From assembly GCF_036365525.1 (NCBI RefSeq), contig NC_090382.1, positions 80,491,223 to 80,555,222 of the forward strand: a DNA stretch of 64,000 nt, given 5' to 3'. The position numbers were made by a program, and so were the translations under genes. This DNA is from Heterodontus francisci. Its lineage: Eukaryota. The notes below the pieces were generated by a model, which made no database searches, was not told the DNA's origin, and saw only the letters and a list, made by a program, of their open reading frames with translations. Positions 60,736-64,000 of the stretch are shown in pieces (position 1 is the stretch's first letter; every line of letters starts with the position of its first letter).

Positions 60736-63700
60736 ATAATAAAAGCAAAATACTGCGGATGCTGGAAATCTGAAACAAAAACAAGAAATGCTGGATTCAC
60801 TCAGCAGGTCTGGCAGCATCTGTGGAAAGAGAAGCAGAGTTAACGTTTCGGGTCAGTGACCCTTCTTCGGAACTGACAAATATTAGAAAAGTCACAGATT
60901 ATAAACAAGTGAGGTGGGGGTTGGGCAAGAGATAACAAAGGAGAAGGTGCAGATTGGACCAGGCCACATAGCTGACCAAAAGGTCACAGAGCAAAGGCAA
61001 ACAATATGTTAATGGTGTGTTGAAAGACAAAGCATTAGTACAGATTAGGTGTGAATATACTGAATATAGAACATCAGCAAGTGCAAACCTGAAGAAAAAC
61101 AACCTGAAAAAAACAGTGGGTAAGCAAACTGAACAAACTAAGATGAAATGAAATAAATGCAAAAAATGTAAAAAGGAATGCAAAAAAAAAAGGAAGAAAA
61201 AATAACTAAAAATGAAAGTAAAGTGGGGCGCTGTCATGCTCTGAAATGATTGAACTCAATGTTCAGTCCGGCAGGCTGTAGTGTGCCTAATCGGTAGATG
61301 AGATGCTGTTCCTCGAGCTTGCGTTGATGTTCACTGGAACACTGCAGCAATCCCAGGACAGAGATGTGAGCATGAGAGCAGGGGGGAGTGTTGAAATGGC
61401 AAGCAACCGGAAGCTCAGGGTCCTGCTTGCGGACTGAGCGGAGATGTTCCGCAAAGCGGTCACCCAGTCTGCGCTTGGTCTCCCCAATGTAGAGGAGACC
61501 ACACTGTGAGCAGCGAATACAGTATACTACATTGAAAGAAGTACAAGTAAATCGCTGCTTCACCTGAAAGGAGTGTTTGGGGCCTGGGATAGTGAGGAGA
61601 GAGGAGGTAAATGGGCAGGTATTACACCTCCTGCGATTGCAAGGGAAGGTGCCCTGGGACGGGGACGAGGTGGTGGGGGTAATGGAGGAGTGGACCAGGG
61701 TGTCGCGGAGGGAACGATCCCTTCGGAATGCTGACAGGGGAAGGGAGGGGAAGATGCGACTGGTAGTGGCATCACGCTGGAGGTGGCGAAAATGGCGGAG
61801 GATGATCCTTTGGATATGGAGGCTGGTGGGATGAAAAGTGAGGACAAGGGGAACCCTGTCACGGTTCTGGGAGGGAGGGGAAGGGGTGAGGGTAGAGGTG
61901 CGGGGAATAGGTCGGACACGGTTGAGGGCCCTGTCAACCACAGTGGGGGGAAATCCTCGGTTGAGGAAAAAGGAGGTCATATCAGAAGCACCGTCATGGA
62001 AGGTAGCATCATCAGAGCAGATGCGTCGGAGACGGAGAAACTGGGAGAATGGAATGGAGTCCTTACAGGAGGTAGGGTGTGAAGAAGTGTAGTCGAGGTA
62101 GCTGTGGGAGTCAGTGGGCTTATAATGGATATTGGTAGACAACCTATCCCCAGAGATGGAGACAGAGAAGTCGAGGAAGGGAAGGGAAGTGTCAGAGATG
62201 GACCATGTAAAGGTGAGAGAAGGGTGGAAATTGGAAGCAAAGTTGATAAAGTTTTCTAGTTCGGGGCGGGAGCAGGAAACGGCACCGATACAGTCATCAA
62301 TGTACCGGAAAAAGAGTTGGGGGAGGGGGCCTGAGTAGGACTGGAACAAAGAATGCTCGACATATCCCACAAAAAGACAGGCATAACTAGGACCCATGCG
62401 GGTACCCATAGCGACACCTTTTACTTGAAGGAAGTGCGTGGAGTTGAAGGAAAAGTTGTTCAATGTGAGAACAAGTTCAGCCAGGCGGAGGAGGGTGGTG
62501 GTGGATGGGGACTGGTTGGGCCTCTGTTCCAGGAAGAAGCGGAGAGCCCTCAAACCATCCTGGTGGGGGATGGAGGTGTAGAGCGATTGGACGTCCATAG
62601 TGAAGAGGAGGCGGTTGGGACCAGGAAACTGGAAATTGTCAAAATGACGTAGGGCGTCAGAAGAGTCACGGATGTAGGTGGGAAGAGACTGCACCAGCGG
62701 AGAAAAGATAGAGTCTAGATAGGAAGAAATAAGTTCAGTTGGGCAGGAGCAGGCTGACACAATGGGTCTGCCGGGACAGTCCCGTTTGTGGATTTTGGGA
62801 AGGAGATAGAAGCGGGCTGTCCGGGGTTGCGGGACTATGAGGTTGGAAGCTGTAGAGGGAAGATCTCCAGAGGAGATGAGGTCAGTGACAGTCCTTTGGA
62901 CGGTGGCTTGATGTTCGGTGGTGGGGTCATGGTCCAGAGGGAGGTAGGAAGAGGTGTCTGTGAGTTGGCGTTGAGCTTCTGCAAGGTAGAGGTCGGTACG
63001 CCATACAACAACAGCACCACCCTTGTCTGCAGGTTTGATGACCATGTCGGGGTTAGACCTGAGAGAACGGAGTGCCTCAAGTTCAGAGGGGGACAGGTTA
63101 GAGTGAGTGAGGGGGGCAGAGAAATTGAGACGACCAATGTCTCGCCGACAGTTTTCAATGAAGAGATCAAGAGCGGGTAAGAGGTCAGGGTGAGGGGTCC
63201 AGGTAGAGGGAGAATGCTGGAGGCGGGTGAATGGGTCTGCTGGTCGGGGGGAGGACTCCTGGTCAAAGAAGTGAGCCCGGAGGCAGAGGCGACGGAAGAA
63301 GAGCTCAACGTCATGCCGAGCACGAAATTCATTGAGGTGGGGGCGTAAGGGGATAAAACTGAGACCTTTGCTGAGTACAGAACGCTCAGCAGCAGAGAGG
63401 GGGAGGTCAGAGGGTATAGTGAATACACGGCAAGGGGTCAGATCAGAAGGGGTGGGGTCAGAGGGAAGTGAAGCGGAAGGAGGATCTGGAGGGGCATTAG
63501 TCCCCATCAGCTGCTGGAGCTTGCGTTCCTTAACACCTGAAAGGAAGAAAAAAAGTTTTTTGTTAATGCGTCGGATGAGACGTAAGATGAGATGAAACTG
63601 CGGAGTAGAACAGATTTGAGATAAGGTGAGACGGTGCTGCTGGAGAGAGAGGTCCAGTGTGTGCATATGGCGGCGCATAGCACTGAGTGTAGATCTCAGG

Positions 63701-64000
63701 ATGCGGCGAGAGTAGCAGTCCGAGGAACGTTGTATTTCTCGGAGATACCTGTGATCCTGGGTGGTTTCAAAGCATGATGGGTGAAACTGCAGTTGGAATC
63801 CACGTGGAATCAGTCGGAGTCGGATCCTCAACCGAGGATTTCCCCCCACTGTGGTTGACAGGGCCCTCAACCGTGTCCGACCTATTCCCCGCACCTCTAC
63901 CCTCACCCCTTCCCCTCCCTCCCAGAACCGTGACAGGGTTCCCCTTGTCCTCACTTTTCATCCCACCAGCCTCCATATCCAAAGGATCATCCTCCGCCAT
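60736..64000 (-). mobile_element. Young Penelope family A element in DKK intron 2, with an inverted arm from 63825 running off the window
   Basis: Uninterrupted frame from about 63824 to 61234 with KPADKGGAVVV, GVAMG, RYIDD and GIY-YIG (VYCIRC..LYIGET). 3' UTR 61233-60736. Confidence 0.95.
60838..60874 (-). ncRNA. Variant minimal hammerhead ribozyme motif in the family A 3' UTR
   Basis: AGTT CCGAAGA A GGGTC-ACT-GACCC GAAA CGTT AACT. Older copies have canonical CTGANGA (11635-11673, 17830-17866). Confidence 0.6.

Noticed and set aside
63825-63954. N-terminus of the 906-aa ORF as a real protein start
   Set aside because: It is the antisense reading of the inverted Penelope arm (same peptide as ORF 61838-62092). 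The true element ORF is 5'-truncated near 63824.

Overview
Vertebrate genomic DNA, most likely a shark or other elasmobranch, judged from HE1/V-SINE-type and Deu-type SINEs and abundant CR1-group, RTE, Penelope and Harbinger repeats. Two spliced host genes point away from each other. On the minus strand are exons 1-3 of a CYP2U1-type cytochrome P450 (20132-19760, 7289-6654, 5229-5068); the last exons were not found and probably lie left of the window. On the plus strand are exons 1-2 of a divergent Dickkopf (DKK1/2/4 class) Wnt antagonist (56526-56720, 60559-60703), whose second exon the ORF track misses. No SGMS or PAPSS exons were recognised between the two genes. Most other sequence is nested transposon material. 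Highlights: the possibly unassigned DKK paralog; minimal hammerhead ribozymes in two Penelope families; three head-to-head inverted Penelope insertions, one young and just inside DKK intron 2; an ORF1-less LINE with a tRNA-like Pol III head plus two internally deleted SINE-like derivatives; a SINE tail that may supply the CYP2U1 exon 2 branch point; and a minisatellite abutting the CYP2U1 exon 1 donor. All calls were made by eye. Comparisons to human genes are from memory and need database confirmation.
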